Source: Camelus ferus
Lineage: Eukaryota
Reading direction: 5' to 3'
Length of the DNA stretch: 64,000 nt
Assembly (NCBI RefSeq): GCF_009834535.1
Contig: NC_045696.1
Location: forward strand, 27,592,001 to 27,656,000
A program made the position numbers and the translations under genes. The notes below the pieces were generated by a model. It worked only from the letters and a program-made list of their open reading frames with translations. It was not told the origin of the DNA and made no database searches. This document shows, one piece after another, positions 14,329-27,460 of the stretch (its first letter is position 1; each line of letters starts with the position of its first letter).

Positions 14329-14502
14329 GGGGCAGGGTATAGCTCAAGTGGTAGAGCGCATGCTTAGCATACATGAGGTACTGGGTTCAATCCCCAGTAT
14401 CTTCTCTAAATATGAACAATAAAACCTAGTTACCTCTCTCCTGAAAAATAAATAAATAAATAACAATAATGAATTATTTTTAAAAACAAGTTTAAAAAAA
14501 AA
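14329..14502 (+). mobile_element. tRNA-Ala-derived SINE (camelid Vic-1-like) with A-rich tail and TSD
   Basis: GGGGCAGGGTATAGCTCAAGTGGTAGAGCGCATGCTTAGCATACATGAGGTACTGGGTTCAATCCCCAGT has A box, AGC anticodon loop and B box GGTTCAATCC; TSD aagttaggtca (14318-14328) / aagctaggtca (14503-14513). Confidence 0.88.
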
Positions 14503-15188
14503 AAGCTAGGTCACCTGAGATTTAAGCTCCTCTGAGCTAAGAAAGTGCCATTATGATAGTGTTCAACAATTTTATAGCTATTTGTAATAACGTAATTGAA
14601 GGTAAGAAAATTACACATTGGAAGCTAAGTCAAAGCACAGAGCATCTAAAACTAAGTTTGGTAGAGACTTACCTCTATCATATGGTGATTTGAACACATT
14701 TGGCATATGCTCCAGGAAGACTCACATTTACTAAATTACTCAAGGAACCATTAAACACATATGTGGTGGTCTCTTACACAGTATACCCTTGTGATGGTGG
14801 CACTTTGCCCACAGCTATTGCATAATTGTTAGCTTTTTCTTTTAACAATTTGGTCTAAATCTTGAATCTTCTAGACAGTTAACTCTCCAATTCTTGTACT
14901 GTCATCTGTATGTACCACAATCAGCACAAATCAGAAGAGTTGCTGTGGACATCAAGAAGACACAACCTTGCTTTAAGGAAATAAACTTCTTAGATAACTT
15001 TTCAGTATATTTCCCATTCAAAAGGTAAGATCAACTTTTACTTGTATAATTGCTAATTTTATAATTTTCTTTCCTTGATCTCATTTCACTACTGTAAACT
15101 GAATACCTAGGTGGATTTTAAGATTCAGTAAAAAGCCATCTATAAAATATTAAAACTAGAAAGAAAGCTAACTTTTTTTAAAAAGCCT

Positions 15189-16670
15189 CTACAAATCTAC
15201 AGTAATCAAAACAGCATGGTACTGGCAGAAAAACAGACACATAAATCAATGGAAGAGTAGAGAGCCCAGAAATAAACCTTCTTATAAAACACTTATGGTC
15301 AATCTATGACAAAGGAGGCACTAATATACAATGGAGAAAAAAGACAGCCACTTCAATAAGTGGTGCTGGAAAAACTGGACAGCTACATGTAAAAGGATGA
15401 AATTAGAACATTTTCTCACACCATTTATACAAAAATAAACCCCAAATTGATTAAAGACCTAAATGTAAGACCTGAAACCATAAAATTCTTAAGAGGAGAA
15501 CATAGGCAGAACACTCTGTAACATAAATCATAGCAGTATTTTTTTGGATCAGTCTCCTAAGGCAAAAGAAGCAAAAGCAAAAATAAACAAATGGGACCTA
15601 ATTAAATTTAAAAGCTTTTGCACAGTAAAGGAAACCACTGACAAAATGAAAAGACAACCTACCTAGTGGGAGAAAATATTTGAAAATGATATAAACAGCT
15701 CATACAGTTTAATATAAAAGAAACCCAAACAACCCAATTAAAAAACAGGCAGGAGACCTGAGTAGACATTTTCCCAAAGAAGATATACAGATGGCCAACA
15801 GGCACATGAAAAGATGCTCAAGAGTCCTAATTATCAGAGAAATACAAATCAAAACCACAATGAGCTATCACCCCACATCCACCAGAACAGCTATCATCAA
15901 AAGGTCTACAAATAACAAATGTTGGTGGAGATGTGGAGAAAAGGGAACCCTCATACACTGTTGGTGGGAATGTAAATTGGTGCAGCCACTGTGGAAAACA
16001 GTACGGAATTTCCTTAAAAAACTAAAATTAGAACTACTAGATGATCCATCAATTCCAGTCCTGGGTATATATCCAAAGAAAACAAAAACCTGATTGAAAA
16101 AGATACATACACCCCAATGTGCATAGCCTCATTATTTATAGTAGCCAAGATATGGAAGCAATACAACTGTGATCAACAGATTAATGGATAAAGAAGATGT
16201 GGTATGTTTTGCAATGGACTATTTCTCGGCCATAAAAAAGAATGAAATTCTGCCATTTAAAACAATGTGGATGGACCTAGAGGGTATTATACTTTGTGAA
16301 ATAAGTCAGACAGACAAAGACAAATACGCTATGTTATCACTTATATGTGGATTCTGAAAATAAAACAAATGAGTGAATATAACAAAACAGAAACAGAAAC
16401 AGACTCAGAGATATTGAGAACAAACTAGTGGTTACCAGCAGGGATGGGGAGAAGGTGGGGCAAAAATAGGGATATGGGATTAAGAGATACAAATACTTTG
16501 TGTAAAATAAAAAAGCAACAAGGATATATTGTACAGCACAGAGAAATATAGCCATTGTTTAGTAATAACTGTAAGTGGAGTATAATCTATAAAAATATTG
16601 AATCACTATGTTGTACACCTAAAACTAATACGTTATTGTAAATCAACTATACTTCAATAAAAAATAAAAA
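15189..16670 (+). mobile_element. 5'-truncated L1: ORF2 C-terminal remnant, 3'UTR and polyA
   Basis: Starts at tacaaatctacagtaatcaaaacagcatggtactgg ([12 protein letters not shown]); ORF 15791-16093 contains the ORF2 Cys-rich motif [16 protein letters not shown]; stops and frameshifts present; ends aatcaactatacttcaataaaaaataaaaa. Confidence 0.96.
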
Positions 16671-17429
16671 CTTTTCCCTATAAAAGAGTATCATCACACC
16701 TGGTATTAAAATTTTAATTTTAATGGTCTTCCTAATGTCTCTCGTGATCATGGGTCAAATTCTACATCTCCTTCTCTCAGGTGGACTATAGCACTCCATG
16801 TGGCCAAGTAGAAAGGCTCACAAGCCTATATTCAGACCAAGAGAAGAAAGGGCTGTATTCTCTAAGCCCCTCAATATTGACAGCAGACTCCACCCAGAGG
16901 TTGCTCCTTTCCCTCCACGCAGAAGAAAAGCATCCCCATGTTAGCACATATGTCTATCGAATGTAGAAAGATAGCCAGGAGAGCAGCAAGTTTGCTGTGC
17001 GGGAAGGTCCAAAGTGGGGAAGAGAGATGGTTGAAGACTCTTTGTTAGACAATGGCCCAGAACTGATGTACAAAAAGAGTTTTGACCCAATCAATATTCT
17101 GTACATTTTGATAATATTAAGACGGAAAATTTTTTAAAAAGAATTGGCTTTTATACCTATTTCAAAAAAGAATAAAGATAATTGTTTTACTTAGGGTAAC
17201 AATGGAGGTATGTTCTTCCTTTCTTTTTATTTCTTTTTTTTAGAATCCAATTCTCTACTGTTTTCTGGCAAATGTATCTTCCCCTAAAAAAATGTCCTTT
17301 TCTTTTCCTGTGAAATTCAGTCTTGGAGATGAAGTGTTACACAATTTTAGAATTTAATTGTCAATCAGTATAATCTGTGGATCAAGACATTGGGGAGTAT
17401 TGTACTATGTCTCAGGGAGGAAAATCTGG

Positions 17430-17665
17430 ACAATAGAAAAGTCATGGTTTTGGACTGAGAATGGACATGGTTTTAAAATTCTAGCCATCTATTTAAGCAC
17501 TATGTGACTGTAAGCAGTTTTCTTAACTTTACTCTCAGTTTCCTCAACTGTAGCATGAAGATGATAATAGCTTCCTTTCAGCACTGCTGTGAGGATGAAA
17601 TGAGATACTCAATATACAGAAAATGTCTGAGATCTAGTAGATGTTCAATAATTAACCATCACTAT
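17430..17665 (+). mobile_element. MIR SINE
   Basis: ctatgtgactgtaagcagttttcttaactttactctcagtttcctcaactgta...gtgaggatgaaatgagata. Confidence 0.75.
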
Positions 17666-18499
17666 TATTACATGGTTGTTTTCATGACCTATGGAGAGTT
17701 TAAGTAGATTGATATTAATAACAAGTTGTAATCAACCACAGAAATATAAATTTTTTTCTGATTTAGGCTCACAAAGGACTTCCACTTAGAAACAGAATTC
17801 CTGAGTACTCCAGGAAGCACTAATAATGGCACCTAAAGCATGAGAGGGGGTCAGGATTCTCCTCAATCTTCCTTTGTAATCTTCAGCAAGTCTTGGGTTT
17901 TGTGGTGTCTCCATTAATGGAGGGTGTACCTCACACCAAATGTGTGCAAATCAAATGGGTTAATAGGTCAAAATGTGTTTTGTAAGCCTTCATATTTAAA
18001 AAAAAGTTATATCACCATGGACTTTTCAGTTATTCACATCATTTCACAAATTTAATATCACAAAATGTTAAATCATCATTGACTTCTCAGTTATTGATAC
18101 CATTTTAAAAAATGCAAGAAAATCTTTGGGAGCTAATAACCTTAAAAACTAAAAAATAATTTACCAGAAAGGATGAAATTGCATATTGTGAAATTGGTGA
18201 TACCAAAGGTCTACTTATTTCTTTGTTTTCAAATCAACAAGCACCACTCTCATTTTATTTTTGCTTTTCTGATATAAACACATCAATTCTTTGACTATTA
18301 CTCATATCACATAGTATTTCCACTCTTCTCTTTTGACATAATGTATGTTTAATAATCATTGGCTGTTGTTATTAGGGTGTTGCTTATTATTGCTCTACAG
18401 CCCTAGATGTGAACATGGAGCACCCTAAAATGATACTAGCTTTTAGTTTTCATTTTGCCATTTCAGTGGTTAACTACAATTCCCAGTTCCTGATGGCAT

Positions 18500-19070
18500 G
18501 AGTCAGAGTCATCTCTTTCTCAACATAAAGCATTCAATTATGTGATACTTCCCTTGAAACTTTGATCTCTCTCTCTCACTGCTTACAAGAAACATCCCAT
18601 TCCAGACATTTTAGAAAGTACAGCTCAATCCTTAACCTTTTCCCCCTTTCGGCTTTCTCGTGTGCCTTGACAGGGCAGGTCCTCGAATCTCCCAGATACT
18701 AGTTCCACCTCATACTGGGAACATGTCTTTTCTCACAGCTTTCCCCTCAATTTCCTGTTGTCTTAGATGCCAGCTTAGATGCCACTTCCCCCATCATCAC
18801 CCTCTCTCTTCTTGGAAGAACAGATCAGCTTGGGGAAGTTAGGATTGCATAGTCCTATACCCCTTTATACATTCCTCTTTCTAGCACTAGTCATATTTCC
18901 CTATTTCTTTATCTCTGTTTTTGGTTGTTATTTGTGTCCATTTCTTTTATTTATAAAGTGAAATCTTGAATCACTCAGACAGTGTCTTATTCATCTTTGT
19001 GGCCCAAGACTTGGGGATTTCTCTTTCACTTCCTCAACTGAATCTTAGAGATAAAAATATTTGTGAGCCA
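18500..19070 (+). mobile_element. L2 fragment
   Basis: agatgccagcttagatgccacttcc...cagacagtgtcttattcatctttgtggccc, degenerate L2 3' region. Confidence 0.55.
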
Positions 19071-21163
19071 TTGGCTTATATCTTAAAGTTGAAACAGCAG
19101 TCTCTAAGAGTAATTATTAGTCCTGGTTTGTAGGAACATTCTTTTTATTCATACATCCCACAGGACTGTTCTTTCCCGGTCTACACATATCAAGTGAATA
19201 GATATATTTTTGAATGATTTCCTCTTTTCCTATTTCTGATGCCATGACAGCCAACGAGTGAAAGATACAAGCAGAAACTGGAATTAACCTAGAATAAAAA
19301 CAGGTAGAATCAACCATTTATATGAGAATGCCAATCAGAATGCTTTGTTTTCTAACAGCTTTTATGAACTTCTTCTACCAGATGCTCGTGTTAAAGTACA
19401 GCTTGGCTAAATTCTGCAAGGACAGATCTGCTTTTCCCAAAAGGAGGGGTTCATATGGTTATCCCACACAGGCAGCCTTTAACATTTTACTATCTGTGAA
19501 CAGGAGGCCAGAGTGCTGTCAATCTCCTTGTGGTCTCTGAGTTAACTGTTACACTTGCCACTGTCCTCTAACCAGGACTGGGAAAGTGAAGTCCCATCAT
19601 GGCCAGACATTCATGGTCACTGTGGTGGTGGAGGTGAACAAAGACCTAGTGTTGCTTTCAGGTCTTTATTCATATCTGTAACAGAAGGAGTAAACCACCC
19701 TGACAAGACGGGACTGTAGCACAGACATTTCCCCATTTCTTTGGCTCTGTTTTCTAACACTCCAGGCAGCAACATTCACAGCACTGCGATCTTGAAACAC
19801 TTTGGGCTCATCTTTATATTATTTCCATGAATCATAAAAAAGGGATGATAGCTACCACTTTTTAAGAACTTCTATTATCCAGGAGCCAGACACACAGAGA
19901 CACAGAGGTCCCAGCTGTATAAATAACATACACACACACACACTCATCCATTTGTTCATCCATTTATTCAACAATATTTTGAGCTGCTAAAATATGCCAG
20001 ATAATATTCTGTACACACATATATATGCAGTCTCTCACACACATACCAATTTGATGTTTATTACATTCTAACTTTCATCTTTGTCTTTTTAAAGATGAAA
20101 AATTGAGACTTGGGAAACTGAGATGCAGAAAGTAAATACTTTTCATAAAACTAATTAAGAGCAGAGTCTGCTTTTAAACTCACATATGCCATAAAAACTC
20201 TCACTCTTTATACTTCTTGAGATCACAAAAAAGATAAACGTAGCCTTGTAATTTCTAAAAGAACGAGTCAAATATAATAGCAAGGCAAGGGCACTGATGT
20301 TATGAATTTAACAATGGATTACATCAGATTTCTGAAAAGTAATTCTGCAGAGAGTTCGAGGCACATATTCTCTTATACTAGCTGAGTTACCAGATCAGAA
20401 ATTTTCTATATGTGAAAAGTAAGAAGTTTGTCACTGAATCTTTAGGCAAACATGCATTAAGATAGTAACAGTCTCTATTATGAGATTTAAATGATAGATG
20501 TTCCCAAAATGAACAAATCAGCTCATATTTTAGATGTACTAGGAGAGTGCTACTGAAATAAATTTTATAATGAAACCTGAATTCACAACAATTGCTTCCT
20601 GAAGCTCCATTTTATTGCTAAATCTAGATTTTTCTCCCTATTGTTTTTCCTCATTCTCTTATTGCCCAAATTCAGATAACAAAGTTGTATTTTATCAGAC
20701 CTTTAATTTTTGCTCCATAATATAAAAGCTGCCAAATGTAATTCTTACACTACTTCTATCTTTTCATTTCTCTCTTTTCCTGAGACCATCACACAAAAAT
20801 TATTCTAATGTAATACTTCCCACAAATAAACTAAACACAATTGCCTAATGCTCAGAAGACTGTCAATAAGACACATTAGATGCAACACATCTTTTTCCAG
20901 GGGACCTATACTTGGAGGTTTGCAGATATTCACCTTAATGGGATACAAAAAATTAAATCACATAAAATAAAAGAGGGACATTAATAAGCCAATTTAACAC
21001 AGGATTCCATTTCTCCAATGGTTTGAAGCTTTATGCTTTTTGAATTTGCTCTTCTCAGGCACAGAAGTCATCTGTGAGTCTTAATAACTATTTTTAATTC
21101 AGAAAAAGTCTCTTTGGAAAATGATCCATCTGTTTATTGAAACAATCCTTTGCAAAGCCAAAG

Positions 21164-21179
21164 GGGTCACTTCAGGTCA
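21164..21179 (+). promoter_or_regulatory. DR4 nuclear-receptor element (LXR/TR:RXR type)
   Basis: GGGTCA cttc AGGTCA, two consensus half-sites with a 4-bp spacer. Confidence 0.5.
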
Positions 21180-21253
21180 AAACCCATATCTAAGTTGGTT
21201 TAAGCTCAGGGTAACCTAAACAGTGTGTCAAATTGGACTACTAGATATATAAA

Positions 21254-21263
21254 ATGACGTCAT
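21254..21263. promoter_or_regulatory. Palindromic CRE/ATF site
   Basis: ATGACGTCAT with the central CpG retained. Confidence 0.45.
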
Positions 21264-23299
21264 ACACATTTGTTCAAAACTCTTAGATTCTACATTCCCT
21301 GGAAAGAACTGGTTTTAAGGTTAAGATCTGGGAGGAAAAACCTATTGGAATGCAAAAGTGCATTTAACATTTGTTTATATTTCCACATCATTATGTTAGA
21401 TTTAAGCTGTCAAACTAAGTTGATAACAAATGTTAAGTATAGAAATGTATACAGCAGCCAGCCTACTGCCAAACCAGGCAAACAAAGAACTCTTGTCAGA
21501 GGGTTAGAAATTCCAAAGTTAAATGCAAGGTAATATTTTCAGTGCAAGGTTTGTTTTTCATCTTTAATGGAATGATTTCTTTAAATGGCTGCGCTTGCCC
21601 AGCAGGACAGGATGGACACATTTTACAGTGGGATTCTGCACAAAGATTCACCTGCAAAACTAGCTCTACAAATGTAATTATTGCATGGCTGAACTGAAAT
21701 TTACCTTGAGAAATAATACTTGGGATGAAGCATAGATACTTTACAAATGAGCCACTTTCTACTGCTGAATGTGAAGGAAGTCATTTGAATCTTTGTTCTC
21801 ACTCTTTTGTTAAACAAATGAATTCAAATGAATGATGTATGTGAGACTATTTTATTTCCTGTTCATTAGGATTATATTTCTCTCATTTACTTTCATAACC
21901 AATGCAAAACAATTATATTTATTAAGGAATATATTACATGACGAATATTCTAGAGGATACAAACATGTATATCTGGTTTCTCCACACAAAACAATTATAA
22001 TTTGGTTTCAGATGTCATTCATCAACCAATAATGAAAATAATAATAATAATATAAGTGTCATGAAAGCACAATGAGCTATGTGATGGAAGGGCCCTTATA
22101 TTATTGTCTTCTAGGGCCCAATACCTCCTATGGCAGTGAGCATGGAATTTGGAGGAAGGGGAGAAAAGTCTATAATGAAAGAGACGCAATTTTTAAATGC
22201 TAGAACAGTTATTTGCTGCCTGACTGAGGAAATAATTAAGTCTCAGTTTCCTTTTATGCAAATTGAAGATAGCAACACTTAATCAACACTTAATATATAA
22301 AACAAATTATATGTATATATCACACCCCTTCTGAAGCATACATAGATGTTACTTTCCACTTCCTACACCTCTTCTAGCACCTCACATTTGGGCTCTCAGC
22401 AAATAATAGTTCTTTGAATGAGAAGTGCTGTGGAAAAATGATTTTGAATCTTTGAAATGAAGGAAGATGCCAGGACGAAAAACAAAACAAAACAAAACAA
22501 AAACAGGAGTTGTTTTTTTTTTTTTTTTTAAAGAATTAGAAGTACTATAAAGCCTCCCAGGAAAGATAAAAATGAAAATTATTTTTGATGTTTCCTAGTT
22601 TTCATTATTATAATGATGGAAAAAAAGTGACAGATGCTAACTTTTAGCACAAACAGTAGAAATTTATAACTGCCTATTTAAGTTTTTCCAAAAAAAATAA
22701 TGAAAGTGAAAATGAGGAAGGGGGCCCTTAGTGACCAGTTGCCACTAAGTTCGAAATCATCAAATTCATTAACTCAATGTTTTGCAAAATTTTTCAGGTT
22801 AAATTCCCTCGCTCATATTGGATTTAACAATTGCAGATAGAGATATAAATAGAGATGACATACATGTAGATATGAAATGCAGTAAAAAGTAACAACACTA
22901 TATAAATGATTAATATGGAGAAATAATGATCATTTAAAATCCTATACTTTGAAGATTGTTTTCTTGCTTCTTAATTTGCAATGCTTTAGCTATTTTGTGA
23001 GAAACAATCAGTTTGTGAGGGCTAGAATGTGTTCTACAAATATAACATCACAGCAACAATTTTATATAAGAGTGAGTATTTGATCCCCATAAACTAGTCT
23101 CTGTAGTAAAGTCAACATTTGTCAAACTTCTCCAATTTTGCCAGATAATTCTTTATCAATATGGTAAGAAAAAAGTCTTTCTTTAGTCTAGCTGTTCTTA
23201 AAACCAAAGGCCCCTGACTTTTGATGAGGAAGATGTATCTTCATTTTCACTAACCACTAACTAAAAGTTAGCATTTTCTTTAATTATAAATGTACATAA

Positions 23300-23822
23300 T
23301 GGTGGTTGGCCATCTCTATGATGATCCTCAATGATTTCTGCCTACTAGTATTTATGGCTATGTAACCCTCCCCTTTAGTACAGGCTGGACCTAGTGATTT
23401 GTTTCTAACAAATAAAAGACTAAAAGTAAAAGTAATGAGATGCTACTTTTGATATTAGGCTTCAAAAAGTTTGGGCTTCCATACTGAGTGTCCTCTTTTG
23501 ATTTTTCAGTTGCTTAATCCAAATGCCGTGTTTTGAGCTACACTCTTAACAAGGTCTTGATGCCTCTGGTCAGTGGTCAGTGAGGGCCTGAGGCTTGTTA
23601 ATCACCTTATAAAGAAATTTGCCAAACAATCTTCCCTTAGTCAAGTCTTGAGATGATTTCAGGCTTCAGTCAACACATTTAAAAGCCTTGTGAAAGGCTC
23701 TGAAGCCGAGGCACTCAGCTAAGCTATATCCAAATTTCTGACTCAGAGAAACTGTAAGATAATAAATGTTGGTTGTTTAAGCTTTGGGGCCTTTTGTTGT
23801 GCAACAATTAATAACCAGTACA
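23300..23822 (+). mobile_element. MaLR LTR (MLT1F-like)
   Basis: ggctggacctagtgatttgtttctaac...actcagagaaactgtaagataataaatgttggttgtttaagc...gcaacaattaataaccagtaca terminus. Confidence 0.85.
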
Positions 23823-24350
23823 GATTTTGGTAACTGGAAGTAGGGTGCTGCCCTCACAAACACTTAAAAATATGGAAGTCGCTTTGGACCTAGGCAGGGT
23901 ATGGAAGCAGGAAGAATGTTGAGGAGCAAGATGGAGAACATCTAAATGGCCCTGAACAGACTTGTAGTGGGAATCTCAACTTGGAGCGTGCTGCTGGTGA
24001 AGGCTCAAGAGGGAGTGGGAAACGTGATCGGAACCTGGAGGAGAGGAGGATCTTTGTTACCTGGGAGCAGACTGTAGCCACACTAAACTGTGCCCAATGA
24101 ACTGGCTGATCTTCGTAAGGAGATTTCCAAGCAAAGTGTTGAAGGTACTACTGTTTTTCTTGCTGCTTATACTAAACATATGAAAGGAAAGAGACAAATT
24201 GAAGGCAAAATAATTTACAAAAAACCTGCCAGAACTTAAAAGAATTCTCAGCCTCTCAAGATGGCAAATGATGAAAAAATTCAGAAATGGCTTCCGAAGT
24301 AATGATCAGATCCAGGGTGCTGCCAGGAAAAAAGTGATCTAGAGATGAAT
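23823..24350 (+). mobile_element. MaLR internal sequence (MLT1-int) directly after the LTR
   Basis: gattttggtaactggaagtagggtgctgcc...aaaatatggaagtcgctttgga...ggagatttccaagcaaagtgttgaagg is the characteristic MLT1-int 5' part. Confidence 0.85.
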
Positions 24351-24664
24351 CCTCTACATGTGGAGAAACAACCTTATTTCTAAGCATTCTCTTCAGTTCT
24401 GGCTCTAACTGAAACCTGCGTCTTCCTGAATATTCCAGGTGATCTTCCCAAGACATAGCTGTTTTCCCTTCTGCACTCCTGCTACTGCTTCGCCTTAATG
24501 CCAGGTAGCTGTCCTCATGCTTCCAGTCCATTCATTCTTCCAATGAAACCCCTTACTTTGATTACTAGGTCTTTAAACTCTACTGTTTACCATCTGGTTA
24601 CTCCTTCTCCAGCTTTGAAAATTTTTATATCTTTTTTAAAAAGTTTTAACATGATGTTTATTTT

Positions 24665-25300
24665 TAAATCATTATTTTTAACTGAAATATAGGTGATTTA
24701 CAATATTATATTAGTTTCAGATGTACAACCTGGTGATTCAATATTTTTATAGATTATATATTCCATCTAAAGTTACTAAAAAAATAATGGCTATATTTCT
24801 CTGTGCTATACAACACAGCCTTATTATTTATTTTACGCACAGTATTTGTATCTTTTAATCCCATATCCCTATCTTGCCCCTACTTCCCTTTCCGCACTGA
24901 TAACCACTAGTTTGTTCTCTATATCTGTGAGTCATGTTTCTGTTTTATTATACATATTTGTTTGTTTTATTTTTCACATTCCACATATAAGTGATAACAT
25001 AGAGTATTTGTCTTTCTCTGTCTGACTAATTTCACTGAACATACCTTCAAGGTCCATCCACATTGTTGCAAATGGCAGAACTTCATTCTTCTTTGTGGCT
25101 GAGTAACAGTCTATTCTTAACATATCACATTTTCTTTATCATTCATCTGTTGTTGAACCCTTGGTTTGCTTCCATATCTTGGCTATTATAAATAATGCTG
25201 CTATGAACACTGTGGTGCATGTATCTTTTCAAATTAGTGTTTTTATTTTCTTTGGATATATACCCAGCAGTGGAATTGCTGGGTCATATACTAATTCTTT
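24665..25300 (-). mobile_element. 5'-truncated L1 3' end (antisense)
   Basis: tttacaatattatattagtttcagatgtacaac...ttccacatataagtgata...tccatccacattgttgcaaatggcag...tggatatatacccagcagtggaattgctgggtcata; similar to the reverse complement of 16030-16660. Confidence 0.95.
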
Positions 25301-25679
25301 TTAAAATAACATTTATATCTGATTTATCTCAACACTGACTTCAAGACTAGAATTTGCCATTCCCAATAACTGTAACACTGCACAACCTTAATTCAAATAT
25401 TTCCTTCTCTTACAATCTTCCCATCTTTCGAACATCCTTCCTCAATTACTCTAATATTTCCTTGATCCCAGCTGGAGTTACAATATATTACCCCCACCCC
25501 CAAAATAATTTTTACTATTCATCTCTCAACTCATGTCCTTCTTCTTCTTTAATGTCCCTTCACTATCATAATTTCCTTGCATATTCCTGTGCAAGAATCT
25601 TGAAACACTTGTCCTCTTCTTCACTTTATTTCTCTGATAAGAATCAACCTCTGGTTAAACCTTACTCTCAGCCCCACTA

Positions 25680-26084
25680 CCCACCAATCAGATTTTCTGC
25701 TTCAGGGGGTAACTGACTGACGGCTCCAGCTGCTGTAACTTGTATATCTATCACTGAGTTTGCAACAAGGACATGATTTCCACAAGTTGCTCTCAGCCAA
25801 TACTGAATATAGTGGCAACACCAATATAGGACTTCTCTGACGGATGAGTTTTAACCTGGCCAAAACATTTTACAACTAACTGTGCCTGAGTCTGAGAACC
25901 TTCTTACCCCATCTTCCTTCTTTTCCTCACTCATTTACAGGGACAGATCTACAGTGTTGTCTGAAGACTCCTACCACATCTTCTGGTACCCTCCTCTTTT
26001 TCTCTAACAGGTATTTCCCCTAACTATTCTACATGTCTAATCCTGTCTTGGCATTTGATTCTCAAGGAAGCTCGACCTAATACA
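25680..26084 (+). mobile_element. LTR16-like ERVL solo LTR
   Basis: Terminus catgtctaatcctgtcttggcatttgattctcaaggaagctcgacctaataca resembles the LTR16 3' end. Confidence 0.65.
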
Positions 26085-26229
26085 ACTGGCATCTATGCAG
26101 CTGTGTGTGGCTGGAAAAGGATACACAACCATGCTGCCTACCCTTATTTTAAATTCATGACCATTAACTTTGAGTTATTCATTTAATAAGTATTTATGAA
26201 ATATTATAATTCTGTCACTTCCTCTGTCC

Positions 26230-27460
26230 TTGAAAACCAAGATACTCGGTAACGGAGAAAGGAGATACAGCTGTAATATGGAAGAGACAAAGCAAAAACC
26301 TTGGGGTATCCTCACTCTGTCCACTGAAAAGGCCTGGAAACAGTGATTAATCAGTGAGCATCCCTAGACCCAAGATGATGTCTTGAAATACCTGTTTCCA
26401 TTAAAGGAAGTCCGTGCTTTTAGTAAAAATGGCTGATGGTAGATCTAGACCAGCGAATATACAAGATGAGTCTGGAACATCATAGAATGCCAGGAAGCAA
26501 AAATGTCATTACCAGGGTAATGACAAAAGGTTCTGAAAGCCAGTTTAGAAAGACTCTATTGACCAAAGATGAAACAATTTAATCTTGGATAACGATAAGA
26601 TCTACAGTAGGTGGGTACTCATCACATATGTTTAAATTCATGAATTCATGTTGTATTTAAAGTCTAGTTATCACCCTGTAAGGATGACTGTGAAACAATT
26701 CATTTTCTTAAAAACTAATTTGATAAAAGGAAAAGATCTAGCATTGTCCTGTTTTCCATATGAACTGTACCACTGGATAGCCAGATGATAGATGATAGTA
26801 AATCTCTCTTTCTAAAATTATTCCAGCCAGTCAAAAATATAGAATTAGAATATTACCATTTTGCAACTCCTAAGGAATTAATAACGAGTGAAAAACAGGT
26901 ATAATGTGCCTTTGTTTGCAAGACGATATGTTTATGAAATGAATATAATCTGCATTTGATCCATCTACTAGGTCCAGCTGCCAATTTACAGAAAATATAG
27001 AGTTCATTGTAACATATTGAACAATAACATGGAAAAGGCTGCAGGTCAGTGTCTTGGGTTCCTCGACAGAAAACTTGCAAGAAAAATAAATGGATGGAAG
27101 AGAAACCTGTAGATTAATTGAGCCCTAAAAGACAAATTATGTTTAAAAAAAGTAACACTAAGCCAAACTAACTAAAAGTAACACTAAGCCTAACTCTAAG
27201 GATGCTTACTTGCATGATAAAATCATAAAGAAAAGCAGGGAAGTGATTACTGTAAAAGCCAAAATAGTGGGGTTTTTTGGCTTGGAATGAGGGATTTGTG
27301 ACTTGAATGGGGCACAGGTGGAGGGGCTTCTAAGGTGGTTGACAGCGTGCTGTTTCTTGACTTGCGTTACATGAGTGTTGTTCTTAAAATTATTCACTAA
27401 GCTATGCATTTATTTCTTTGGTTTGCTAGATCTACATTTATTTTATGAGAAAAGGTTGAA
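26230..27460 (+). mobile_element. Old L1 3'UTR (L1MC4/5-like)
   Basis: aaatggctgatggtagatctagaccagcgaatatacaagatgagtctggaacatc...catttgatccatctactaggtccagctgccaatttacagaaaatatag. Confidence 0.7.

Larger units (their letters stand above)
24480..26180 (+). mobile_element. Degenerate L2 internal (ORF2) segment interrupted by L1 and LTR16
   Basis: caacctctggttaaacc before LTR16 and gtggctggaaaaggatacacaaccatgctg...tttaaattcatgaccattaac after it are adjacent in the recalled L2 consensus. Confidence 0.6.

Noticed and set aside
14329..14405. Functional tRNA-Ala gene
   Set aside because: Extra bases, imperfect stems, A-rich tail and TSD indicate a SINE.
15791..16357. Protein-like ORFs of 100 aa and 62 aa
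   Set aside because: Broken L1 ORF2 C-terminus, not a host gene.
17909..17922. 14-bp perfect palindrome ctccattaatggag
   Set aside because: Several palindromes of this length are expected by chance in 64 kb.
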